From the NCBI GenBank assembly GCA_963780935.1, contig CAWAEM010000004.1:816402-880401 (forward strand): a DNA stretch of 64,000 nucleotides, in the 5' to 3' direction. The notes beneath the pieces were generated by a model. That model was not told the DNA's origin, did not search any database, and saw only the letters and a program-made list of their open reading frames with translations. Positions 45,012 through 54,197 of the stretch are shown piece after piece (position 1 is the first letter of the stretch; the number at the start of each line of letters is the position of its first letter). Origin of the DNA: an uncultured Acidobacteriota bacterium. GTDB taxonomy: Bacteria > Acidobacteriota > Terriglobia > Acidiferrales > UBA7541. Both the position numbers and the translations under genes were made by a program.

Positions 45012-46505
45012 TTAAAATTTGCGGGTTTCCTGGCGCGACCAGCGCTCCACGACGATTTTCGACTCGGTGTAGAACTCCACGGCGTCGCGCCCCTGTCCAT
45101 GCAAAATACCGAAGAAACTTTCTTTCCATCCGCTGAACGGAAAATAAGCCATGGGAGCGGCGACGCCGATGTTGATGCCAATGTTCCCGGCGGGCGCTTC
45201 GTAGCGAAACTTTCTGGCGGCAGCGCCGCTGGTGGTAAAAAGCGAAGCTTGATTTCCATAAGGACTGCGGCTCAAAAATTCCAAGGCCGCATCGATGGAA
45301 TCGACGTGCACCAGGCTTAACACCGGGCCGAATATTTCCGTGTGCGCCAGTTCGCTGGTGGCCGGCAGCCCGTCCAGCACGGTTGGCGTCAGAAAGTTCC
45401 CTGTCTCATAGCCGGCAATTTTTGTGTTGCGGCCGTCGATGAGCGGTTTCGCGCCTTCGCTTACGCCCTTGGCAATCAAGCCTTCAATGCGGCCCTTGCT
45501 TTGCTGCGAAATCACCGGCCCCATGTGAATTCCCTTATCCATGCCGTTGCCCACGCGAATTGCCGAAGCCGCTTGCGTGATGGCGTCGCGAAAGGTTTTT
45601 TGCGCTTCGCCGATGGTGACGGCCACGCTTACCGCCAGGCAACGCTGCCCGGCACAGCCAAACGCGCTATCACTGATAATCTGTTTCGCGAGATCCATAT
45701 CGGCGTCGGGGAGGACGATGACGTGATTTTTGGCGCCGCCCTGGCATTGCATTCGTTTCCCGCTGGCCGCCGCACGCGTGTATACGTGCTTGGCAACCGG
45801 CGTCGAACCCACAAAACTGACCGCGCGCACTTGCGGATGATCGCAGAGAGCGTTCACCACATCGCGTCCGCCGTTGACAATGTTCACGACTCCCTTTGGC
45901 AAACCGGTTTTCTCGATCAACTCCATCGCACGATGCATGGTCAGCGGAACGCGCTCGGAAGGCTTCAGCACGATGGTGTTTCCGCAAGCGATGGCGTAGG
46001 GCAAAAACCAGAACGGAATCATGGCGGGAAAGTTGAAAGGAACGATGGCGGCCACCACGCCGAGGGGCTGGCGAATTTGCATTTCGTCGACGCCCGGGGT
46101 CACATCTTCCAGATTGTAGCCTTGCATCATCATGGGAATACCGCAGGCTACTTCCACGTTTTCGATGCCGCGGCGCATTTCCGCCTTGGCTTCGCCAAAG
46201 GTTTTCCCGTTTTCTCGCGTGGTGATGGCTGCGAGTTCGTCGATATGTTCTTCAAGAAGGTTTTTGAGTTTGAAAAGATACTGGATGCGTTCGCCGGGAG
46301 GAGTTCTGCGCCAGGAGGGAAAGGCGGCGGCGGCGGCGCGCACCGCGGATTCGACATCCGCGGCTGTCGAAATTGGCGTGCGCGCCAGTACTTCGCCGGT
46401 GGCAGGATTGTTAACTTCGACAAACTCCGTGGCCGTAGCGCGTTGCCAACCCCCATCAATATAATTCTGCAATTCCGGTGCTACGGTGGTGGCCGCGCTG
46501 CTCAT
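45012..46505 (-). CDS. mmsA: CoA-acylating (methyl)malonate-semialdehyde dehydrogenase
   Basis: [54 protein letters not shown]. Confidence 0.9.
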   Translation of the reverse strand: MSSAATTVAPELQNYIDGGWQRATATEFVEVNNPATGEVLARTPISTAADVESAVRAAAAAFPSWRRTPPGERIQYLFKLKNLLEEHIDELAAITTRENGKTFGEAKAEMRRGIENVEVACGIPMMMQGYNLEDVTPGVDEMQIRQPLGVVAAIVPFNFPAMIPFWFLPYAIACGNTIVLKPSERVPLTMHRAMELIEKTGLPKGVVNIVNGGRDVVNALCDHPQVRAVSFVGSTPVAKHVYTRAAASGKRMQCQGGAKNHVIVLPDADMDLAKQIISDSAFGCAGQRCLAVSVAVTIGEAQKTFRDAITQAASAIRVGNGMDKGIHMGPVISQQSKGRIEGLIAKGVSEGAKPLIDGRNTKIAGYETGNFLTPTVLDGLPATSELAHTEIFGPVLSLVHVDSIDAALEFLSRSPYGNQASLFTTSGAAARKFRYEAPAGNIGINIGVAAPMAYFPFSGWKESFFGILHGQGRDAVEFYTESKIVVERWSRQETRKF

Positions 46506-46646
46506 TGCCTTCTCCCGATCGGCGGATTCGTCGGCGCCGCCAATTCTTCCCTCGTGATTCGTGTACAGGGTACGCGACGTAGTTTAGCAAAAAACGGCAA
46601 TGTTGGCCGATTCGGCGAGGGTTTTGCAGAATGCTGTGCGCGCGGA

Positions 46647-47192
46647 TTAGGCCTCCACGGGCAGCGCGACGCGATTATCCTTCCAGGTATGCCAAGCTAA
46701 CCACAGAACGGTTGCAAACATGCCGAGCCAGCCAAGGTCGCGCGTGGCCCCTCCGATGTTTTGATCCTGCATAAGCAGCCCCCACTGCCCGAACAGCGTC
46801 TCCCAATCGTGTTCGCCGGAACCCACGAGCGGCAAAGATACCGCGCGAGCGTCGGCCATGTAGGTGCCGATGTACAGAAAGTTTTCGAAAAACCAAAAAC
46901 CGCAGAAGGCCGTGGCCGTGACTTCGCGCTTCCAGAAGAAATAAACCGCTAATAGCAGCGGGGCCAGAAGTTCCCCCAGCGTGCCCCCCAAAATCATGAT
47001 GGTGTAGCCGCACCAGCTGAAGAAGACGTGGCCGGCTTCATGGATCATCAGGTTCACATTGTCGAGAATCAAGAATCCGGGACGGTTGGCAAAAGCGTAG
47101 AGAAGAAACGCGGCGTAAAAGATCAACCAGCTGACTCCCGCATAGCGCGACACCGGCTTCCATTCATCAAAATAATCCTCGAGCAGGCTCAC
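46647..47192 (-). CDS. Integral membrane protein with HExxH motif (M50-like)
   Basis: Several TM segments; NLMIHEAGH; C-terminal HDW. Confidence 0.65.
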   Translation of the reverse strand: MSLLEDYFDEWKPVSRYAGVSWLIFYAAFLLYAFANRPGFLILDNVNLMIHEAGHVFFSWCGYTIMILGGTLGELLAPLLLAVYFFWKREVTATAFCGFWFFENFLYIGTYMADARAVSLPLVGSGEHDWETLFGQWGLLMQDQNIGGATRDLGWLGMFATVLWLAWHTWKDNRVALPVEA

Positions 47193-47309
47193 TCGAAAAG
47201 CGTAGCAGTGTGGGCGGCGCAGCGGGACAAATCAGCGGTGGGGAGTTTCCATGACGGAACGGCGCAGCAAGAATGCAATGCTTCGCGGCGCTCCGGAACA
47301 CGCCGGCAA

Positions 47310-48314
47310 TTATTTCGCGATGGCGTTGTAAGCCTCGTAAGCCGCTCCGAGCAGCGGTGCGGTTTCGTTGAGAATCACGGAGACGGGGATGCTGCTGAGC
47401 AGGCCTTCGAAGTGCCATTTGTCCTTGAAAGCCGCGGAAAAGGCGCCATCCTTCATTTTTTCCAGGATTTTTACGGCGATCCCGCCGGCCACGTACACGC
47501 CGCCAAGCGCCAACACTTTTAACGCGAGATTACCGGCTTCCGCGCCATAGATGGCGGTCCACAGATCGAGCGTGTCGGCGCAGGTGCGGCAAGAGCGATT
47601 GAGGCCGTTGCGCGTGATTTCCGGCGCGGGGTCGGAATCTGGATCTTCAAAAGAAGCGTGCCTGATATTTGGCGCGAGAAATTCATGAATGGTGCGGAAT
47701 CCGCGGCCCGAAAGAATCAACTCCCAGCTGACTTGCGGATAGCGGCGGCGCATGAAGCGAAGCAGTTCAATTTGCTGTTCGGAGTGCGGTGCAAAATCAG
47801 AGTGACCACCCTCAGAAGGAACGACGAAATAGCGGCCATTGCTCCAAACGAGAATGGACTCGCCAAGGCCGGTGCCCGCGGCAAGCAACGCGCGCGTGCC
47901 CCCTTGCTCGGGATCGCCGGGATTCAAAATGCAAAAATCTTCCGGCGCAAGATATTGCAAACTGTGGCCCCAGGCACCCAAATCGTTCATCAGCTCGATA
48001 TGCGCCACCTTGAGTTCGGATTTAAGATGCGCGGCTTCGACGATCCATGGCAGATTTGTGGCGCGCACTTGTCCGTTGATCACCGGACCAGCAATGCCAA
48101 ATCCAGCGGCGTAGATTTTTTCATGACCGATATGCGGGGCGGCCAGGCGCGCGAATTCCTTGACGATCAAATCAAACCGCGCGAACTCCTTGCTGGCAAA
48201 ACGGTGATTGAAAACCAGCACGAGTTTGCCGCTTTTTTCGGCAAACAGCGCCAAATTGCATTTCGTTCCACCAACGTCTCCGGCGAGAATCACCCTGGCC
48301 CCCAAAAAGACCAA
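47310..48314 (-). CDS. glk: Glucokinase
   Basis: AGDVGGTK, GIAGPV, MNDLGA, GTGLGE, PSEGGH, GGVYVAGGI. Confidence 0.92.
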   Translation of the reverse strand: MVFLGARVILAGDVGGTKCNLALFAEKSGKLVLVFNHRFASKEFARFDLIVKEFARLAAPHIGHEKIYAAGFGIAGPVINGQVRATNLPWIVEAAHLKSELKVAHIELMNDLGAWGHSLQYLAPEDFCILNPGDPEQGGTRALLAAGTGLGESILVWSNGRYFVVPSEGGHSDFAPHSEQQIELLRFMRRRYPQVSWELILSGRGFRTIHEFLAPNIRHASFEDPDSDPAPEITRNGLNRSCRTCADTLDLWTAIYGAEAGNLALKVLALGGVYVAGGIAVKILEKMKDGAFSAAFKDKWHFEGLLSSIPVSVILNETAPLLGAAYEAYNAIAK

Positions 48315-48374
48315 TCGATTTCACTGCGCACCATCTCGGTCAAATATCGTGATTCACGTGTCGCTTACGGCGTT

Positions 48375-49913
48375 TTACCGCGAGGCGCCATTGGGGTTGT
48401 GCCAGTGGCGGCCATCGCTCTCAATCAACGCGTCGGATTCACGCGGACCCCAGCTTCCGGCCGGGTATTGCGGAACCTGGGCACTGCGCGTGGCGCTCCA
48501 CACCTCGAGAATGGGATCCACAAGTGACCAAGCCGCTTCTACGTTGTCCCCGCGATCAAACAACGTCGCGTCACCGCGAACGCAATCGTTCACAAGTGTG
48601 GCGTAGGCGCTGCGCGTGGGCTCGCCGAAACCCTCCTGATAGCTGAATTTCATGGTTACGTTGCCGATATTCATTTCCGTGCCGGGGCGTTTTGCGCCAA
48701 AAGAAACGGAAATGCCTTCGTCCGGCTGAATATTGAGAATCAGGCGGTTCGGCTCGATACCTTTATCGCGAAAAACCATGTGCGGAGCGCCGCGAAATTC
48801 TATGACGATTTCCGTGCTGCGTTTAGCCAGACGTTTGCCGGTGCGCAGATAAAAAGGCACGCCAGCCCAACGCCAATTGTCGATCAGCACTTTGGCGGCG
48901 ACGAACGTCTCGGTGTGCGAATTGGCCGCCACGCCCTGCTCCTGGCGATAGCCGGGAACGTCTTTATCGCCAATTCTTCCTGGTCCGTACTGTCCGCGAA
49001 CCACGGAATGCGCCATCATATCGATGTTGAACGGGCGAATGGATTGCAGCACTTTCAGTTTTTCGTTGCGCACGGAATTCGCGTCGAAGGAAGCCGGCGG
49101 TTCGACGGCCACCAACGAAGTGAGCTGCAGAACGTGGCTCTGGATCATGTCGCGCAGCGCGCCGGTGGTTTCGTAGAAACCTCCGCGCCGCTCCACCCCC
49201 AGGGTTTCGCCGGCGGTGATTTGCACGTGATCGACGTAATTGCGGTTCCACAGCGGCTCGAAAATGCCGTTTCCGAAACGCAGGACCAAGAGGTTTTGCA
49301 CTGTGTCTTTGCCGAGATAATGATCGATGCGGTAAACCTGCTTTTCTTCGAAGACGCACAGCACTTTCTGATTTAATTCTTTGGCGGAAGCCAGGTCGCG
49401 GCCAAAAGGCTTCTCGATAATGATGCGGACCCAGGAATCCGGGGAAGCGGGCTTGTTGAGGCCGGCCTTGCCGATCTGTTCGATAATGTCTTCATAAACT
49501 TCCGGAGGCGTCGAAAGATAAAATAGCCGGTTGCCTCCCAGATTTTTCGCCTCGGAAATTTCTTTCAGGCGTTTGGCCAGCCCGGCGTACGATTCTGGCT
49601 TGCCGTAATCGCCCTGGCTGTAAAAGAGATTGGAGGCAAAATCGCTCCACTGTTGCGGATCGATGGGGCCGACTTCAGAGATGCTTTTGGCGGCATCGCC
49701 GACGGTGGCGCGAAAACTGTCGTCGGTCATGGCGGTGCGGGAGAACCCCACGATGGCGTAGCGCGCGCCGAGCGCCCGGTGAATGGCCAGGTCGTACATG
49801 GCGGGAATCACTTTGCGTTTGGCCAAATCGCCGGAGGCGCCAAAGAGGATAACCGTGCAGGGTTCGGCGACGCCACCGTAAGCAGAGCTCGATCGAATCA
49901 ATTCCGCGGCCAT
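48375..49913 (-). CDS. zwf: Glucose-6-phosphate 1-dehydrogenase
   Basis: GASGDLAKRK, EKPFG, RIDHYLGK, WAGVPFYLRTGK. Confidence 0.97.
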   Translation of the reverse strand: MAAELIRSSSAYGGVAEPCTVILFGASGDLAKRKVIPAMYDLAIHRALGARYAIVGFSRTAMTDDSFRATVGDAAKSISEVGPIDPQQWSDFASNLFYSQGDYGKPESYAGLAKRLKEISEAKNLGGNRLFYLSTPPEVYEDIIEQIGKAGLNKPASPDSWVRIIIEKPFGRDLASAKELNQKVLCVFEEKQVYRIDHYLGKDTVQNLLVLRFGNGIFEPLWNRNYVDHVQITAGETLGVERRGGFYETTGALRDMIQSHVLQLTSLVAVEPPASFDANSVRNEKLKVLQSIRPFNIDMMAHSVVRGQYGPGRIGDKDVPGYRQEQGVAANSHTETFVAAKVLIDNWRWAGVPFYLRTGKRLAKRSTEIVIEFRGAPHMVFRDKGIEPNRLILNIQPDEGISVSFGAKRPGTEMNIGNVTMKFSYQEGFGEPTRSAYATLVNDCVRGDATLFDRGDNVEAAWSLVDPILEVWSATRSAQVPQYPAGSWGPRESDALIESDGRHWHNPNGASR

Positions 49914-49989
49914 GTCTCTCTCCTTCCCAGCAAAAACTTAACACTAAAACGATTTAATACCTACTGTGGAAATTCTTGATTCCCTGGAA

Positions 49990-50646
49990 CTACACCGCGA
50001 CACCGTATTCCTGCAGCTCGGACCGCAACTGCCCGGCATTTTGATAATGAATGGCGTGCATACCCAGCCGGCGCGGGCTTTCCAGATTGAGCGCGCGGTC
50101 GTCGATGAACAGACATTGCGCTGGAGGGCGTTGCGTCACCGCCAGTGCCACGCGAAAAATCAGTTCTTCCGGTTTGCGGGAATGCACGTAGCAGGAGCTG
50201 AAGAATACCAAAAAATCGCGCCGCAGATTAAAAGTTTCGATGCGATATTGATTTAGTTCGAGGGGTTCATTGTTGATGGCGCCCACAAAATATTTTCCGC
50301 TGCGCGCCACGGCATGCAACATGGCCCGCGATTCGGGATACTCCTTGGATTGCGCGAGCATAAAGGCGGTAAATTCTTCGCGCGTAAAGTTGCGGTGGCG
50401 GTAGAAAAGCGTGCGGTCGAGATATTCGTTGAGGGAAGTATTACCGGCGTCAAAAGCGGGAAATGCCAGGTCGTGGCGGTCCTGAAAATCCTCCCAATCC
50501 AGATTGAAAGCCGTCGCGGCTTCGCGGCGGGCGTGGCGGTCCCAGCCATTGGTGAGCACTACTCCGCCAATATCCCAAAACAGCGTGGTGATTTCCGGCA
50601 AAGAGACGGACCTCGATTTTTTCCGCGCGCTGCGAGGCAGCGCCAT
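49990..50646 (-). CDS. HAD-family phosphatase
   Basis: WDIGGV motif I, INN, RKP, FIDD; start set at ATG 50646. Confidence 0.85.
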   Translation of the reverse strand: MALPRSARKKSRSVSLPEITTLFWDIGGVVLTNGWDRHARREAATAFNLDWEDFQDRHDLAFPAFDAGNTSLNEYLDRTLFYRHRNFTREEFTAFMLAQSKEYPESRAMLHAVARSGKYFVGAINNEPLELNQYRIETFNLRRDFLVFFSSCYVHSRKPEELIFRVALAVTQRPPAQCLFIDDRALNLESPRRLGMHAIHYQNAGQLRSELQEYGVAV

Positions 50647-50828
50647 TTCTGACTTACGAGATAGTGAAGATAGGGGCGGGTGTCTGTCAAGGGAACGAAG
50701 TGGACGCTGCTTATTCTCGAAAGAAGTTCGCTGGCATCGCTTCGGGATGGCGCGCGCGAGAACGTCCGCGCTAGGAAATTGCGGCGTTGTACAGTAAGGT
50801 AAAGTTTCGTGGATTTTGGAGGAAGACG

Positions 50829-51161
50829 ATGTCTGACGATTCTTGCACACCGACACCCGCTGCCAGTGAGCCGCCAAAGCCCGGCACGCGTATGGTGCAT
50901 TGCGTGAAATTTGATAAGGATTTGCCGGGGCTCGATCGCGTGCCCTGGAAGGGCGAAATCGGGAAACGCGTCTACGAAAACGTCTCGAAAGAGGCCTGGA
51001 AATTGTGGATTGAGCATTCCAAGATGGTGATGAACGAATACCGATTGAATCCGCTGGATCCGAATTCCATGAAAATTATGGAAGAACAAATGGAACAGTT
51101 TTTCTTTGGCGCGGGCGCGAAATTGCCGGAAGGATATGTGGCGCCGAAGGCCAAAGGATAA
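50829..51161 (+). CDS. yggX: Fe(II)-trafficking / oxidative-damage protection protein
   Basis: RMVHCVKF...GKRVYENVSKEAWKLWIEH...MNEYRLN...QMEQFFFG; start at ATG 50829. Confidence 0.9.
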   Translation: MSDDSCTPTPAASEPPKPGTRMVHCVKFDKDLPGLDRVPWKGEIGKRVYENVSKEAWKLWIEHSKMVMNEYRLNPLDPNSMKIMEEQMEQFFFGAGAKLPEGYVAPKAKG

Positions 51162-51172
51162 GGAAGCTGCGC

Positions 51173-52516
51173 TTAGATTTGTGACGACGGATGGTGCACC
51201 GCAAGGCGTGGCGCGATTTGGAATTGCAGGTTGCCGTGAGCTAGACGCAGCGCATTTTCCACTGTTCCGGGATCTTCCCCGCGCGCGAAAATGAAACCCA
51301 AATAGCTGGCGCCCTCCGGCCATGCGGCGAGATAGTCATGCGCGCGCGCGGTGATCGCAATTTGCGTAACGCCCGGCGTTGCGGCGGCTTGTTGCTCGCC
51401 GCTGACGCCTTCGAAAATGCCGCTTTGCGGAACGGGGATCATCATTACGCCGGATGATATTTGCTCCCGCGACGCATCGGCGCCCGTCAATTCCAGCGCG
51501 TGCCGCAACAACAATTCTTCGAGCCCGATTGGCGCGTTTCCGGAATTTGCAATGAAGCGCAGAGATTGCGCGCAGAGGCCGCCGATGGGCCGCGGTGCGA
51601 TTTCGATTGGCCACACCGTCGCATCGCCGGCGGATTCTTCGGCAAGATTTCCTGTTGCTGCGCTGCTGCGGTCGGCAACGCGAAATTCCGCGTGCACGGG
51701 ACCGTGCGAAAGTCCCAGCGCGGTCACTGCGGAGCGGAGCGACTTTTCAATCGCCGCGATTTCTGGCAGCGGCAAGCGGCTCGGCGTGACATAGATGGTT
51801 TCCTCGAAGTACGGACCCTCGAGGGGATCGGGCTTGTCAAAAATCGCGAGAATGCGTAGATCTCCTGCGGTCATCAACGCTTCGACCGCGACTTCCCTGC
51901 CGGCAAGATAACCTTCGACGATCATTTCGCCGAGCCGCGGCTCGCGCGTGGCCTGAATTTCCGGCGAACGCAACAGCCTGCGGATTCGCATCGCCGCATC
52001 GACAAATTGCTCGCGATTATCGGCGCGAATGACGCCTTGGCTGGCAGAAAGCGCCAGCGGCTTCAGCACGCACGGATACGGAATCCCCAGCAGCGCGGGC
52101 TCTGGAACGGGATCGAGCGGAATCGCGCGAAACCACGGCACCGGCAATCCGGCTTCGCCCAACACTTCGCGAGTGCGCAGCTTGCTGCGGCAAGCTTCCA
52201 CCGCGGCGGGATGGTGAAAGGCGATGCCCAGCGAGCGGGCTGCAAAAGCCGCGGCATGCGCCGGGCGGTCACCGAGCGCGATAATTCCGTCGATTTGCAG
52301 AGGACGGGATTTCTCGATAGCGGTTTGCGCGGCTTCGCCGGGCGACTCGAAGTGCACCGCTATGGCACGGTCTTCCCATGGATCGTCCAATTGGTGGCAG
52401 CGATCCGTGACGTACACGAGCTCTACATGCAATTTTTTCGCGGCTTCCTTAAAGCTGCGCGTTTGATAGCCCAGCTTGGCGGCGAAGAGTAAGACGCGTT
52501 TGACGGTTCCAGACAT
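51173..52516 (-). CDS. ATP-grasp ligase (L-amino-acid-ligase-like)
   Basis: YPCVLKP...SQGV, IVEGYLAGREVAVE, HGPVHAEFR, IEIAPRPIGG. Confidence 0.88.
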   Translation of the reverse strand: MSGTVKRVLLFAAKLGYQTRSFKEAAKKLHVELVYVTDRCHQLDDPWEDRAIAVHFESPGEAAQTAIEKSRPLQIDGIIALGDRPAHAAAFAARSLGIAFHHPAAVEACRSKLRTREVLGEAGLPVPWFRAIPLDPVPEPALLGIPYPCVLKPLALSASQGVIRADNREQFVDAAMRIRRLLRSPEIQATREPRLGEMIVEGYLAGREVAVEALMTAGDLRILAIFDKPDPLEGPYFEETIYVTPSRLPLPEIAAIEKSLRSAVTALGLSHGPVHAEFRVADRSSAATGNLAEESAGDATVWPIEIAPRPIGGLCAQSLRFIANSGNAPIGLEELLLRHALELTGADASREQISSGVMMIPVPQSGIFEGVSGEQQAAATPGVTQIAITARAHDYLAAWPEGASYLGFIFARGEDPGTVENALRLAHGNLQFQIAPRLAVHHPSSQI

Positions 52517-52550
52517 GATTGAGAATTTGCTTGAGATTCCCTAAACGACC

Positions 52551-54059
52551 CTAAACAAATTGATCCGCGGAGAGCGCTGGATGTTTCACGGGAGTTAATT
52601 TTATCGCCGGCGGCGCGACCGGAAGCACGGACGTACCGGCAATGGAAACGAACTGCGCGGGCGTAGGCTCAGCGCAGCAATACCAGGGCTCGCTCAGAAA
52701 CGGCACCGGCGTCGCAGGCGATTGCCGTGTCAGCTGCGGAGGTTGTAGCGCCGAAGCTGCGTGGGCGGCTTGCCAGATGCTTTCAAATGCCGCAAAACGC
52801 GTGAGTTTTTCCGCGTCGGTTTGCGCCGCGATCTCCTGAATCTTCACGCTTAGTGCATCGACGCGCAAATCGCTGTGCTGCCAGGGGAACACCAGTGATT
52901 TCGCATCGAAAGGACCAACTGTATTGCGGATTTCCGGCAATTCCAAAAGGCGCGAACCCGCTGGGATGAGCAAGCGGATACCGAATTGGATAGGCGCTAC
53001 ATTTTCGATGAGATTTTCGTCGCGTATCACGCGCAAGAGATCGCGAAAGTCTTCGAGCGAGCTCCACGGAGCGAACGGGACAAATGTCGGATGAAGCGTC
53101 ATCCCCAGTTTGCGAAAGTTTTCCACCACCGCGAGAAAATCCTGACGCGTGTGACCCTTGTCGAGAATTTGCAGCGCGGAGTCGTTCACAGATTCCACCG
53201 CACTGATCACGAAAAGGCAGCCGGTGTCGCGCAGCGCAGGTAAGTGTTGCGAATATTTCATCAAATGTTCGATCTTAATGGTGACGTCGTAGGTGATCGC
53301 GGCAAATTCTTCGTGAAACAATTTGATAATTTCCAGCGCATGCCCGATGCCGTTAAAAAAATCAGGATCGCCAAACGATATATGCTGCGCCCCGGCGGCG
53401 ACTTGGCGGCGGATATCCTCGAGCACCACTTCACGCTGCACGATGCGAAAAACCCCTTTATAGACCGGTACAATCGGGCAGTGGCGGCAGAGATGCTTGC
53501 AGCCGCGGCTGGCTTCCGTCGAGCCCACCACACGATAACCAGCGCCAGGGATCATGAGATGCGCGTATGTTTCGATGGGCGGGAGGCCGCTGCGATCCGG
53601 CACCTCGAACGCTAGCCGCTCTAAAGAAATCAGTGGCTGGCGCTGCAACGAATCGGGAACCTGCGCGAAGGCTGCTCCATCACCGGAGCGGCGCGCCGAC
53701 AACTCGTCTGCGAGATTTGTGAGACCAGCCTCAAATTCGCCGCCGAGCAACGTTTGTACACCCAGCTCTTTCAAGTATTCGATGTTCATGGGCGCGTACA
53801 AGCCGTAACAACAAAGGTGCGCATGAGGACTTCGCCGGCTTAATTCGGGAATAAGTTGCGCCGCGATCCGCGTGGCGGTATGCATCGGCAAGTAGATGGC
53901 GATGAGTTCAGCGCGAGCGATCGCGCCCTCGTCGAGTGGCTGGCGCGTCAAGTCGAGGCAAGTGACCTGGTGACCTCGCTTGCGAAGCCACGCCGCGGGC
54001 GACACAAGACCAAACGGCTGACGCCCCAATTCGTAGGTAGAAATCAGAACGATGTTCAT
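52551..54059 (-). CDS. B12-binding-type radical SAM protein with C-terminal CCAEP motif
   Basis: N-terminal cobalamin-binding-like domain ([12 protein letters not shown]); [10 protein letters not shown] (CxxxCxxC); FGDPDFF; PWYCCAEP at 52665-52679; start at ATG 54059. Confidence 0.88.
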   Translation of the reverse strand: MNIVLISTYELGRQPFGLVSPAAWLRKRGHQVTCLDLTRQPLDEGAIARAELIAIYLPMHTATRIAAQLIPELSRRSPHAHLCCYGLYAPMNIEYLKELGVQTLLGGEFEAGLTNLADELSARRSGDGAAFAQVPDSLQRQPLISLERLAFEVPDRSGLPPIETYAHLMIPGAGYRVVGSTEASRGCKHLCRHCPIVPVYKGVFRIVQREVVLEDIRRQVAAGAQHISFGDPDFFNGIGHALEIIKLFHEEFAAITYDVTIKIEHLMKYSQHLPALRDTGCLFVISAVESVNDSALQILDKGHTRQDFLAVVENFRKLGMTLHPTFVPFAPWSSLEDFRDLLRVIRDENLIENVAPIQFGIRLLIPAGSRLLELPEIRNTVGPFDAKSLVFPWQHSDLRVDALSVKIQEIAAQTDAEKLTRFAAFESIWQAAHAASALQPPQLTRQSPATPVPFLSEPWYCCAEPTPAQFVSIAGTSVLPVAPPAIKLTPVKHPALSADQFV

Positions 54060-54197
54060 AGCGCAAAGCACCACAAGCCCGCGACATTTGCCGCGCGCAT
54101 CTTTGAGGCAAGGCTGCTACCAGGACAGTATAGCCGTCCGCGGGCCGCCGCGAATTCGGTTATCATAGAGCCACGATTTCTTGAAAGGACGGCTGGA

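Noticed and set aside
52665-52679. Selenocysteine recoding in the radical SAM tail
   Set aside because: Both codons are TGC (Cys); no in-frame TGA
53856-54197. N-terminal extension of acnA in the ORF track
   Set aside because: Overlaps the start of the divergent radical SAM gene; AcnA-like sequence begins at ATG 54198
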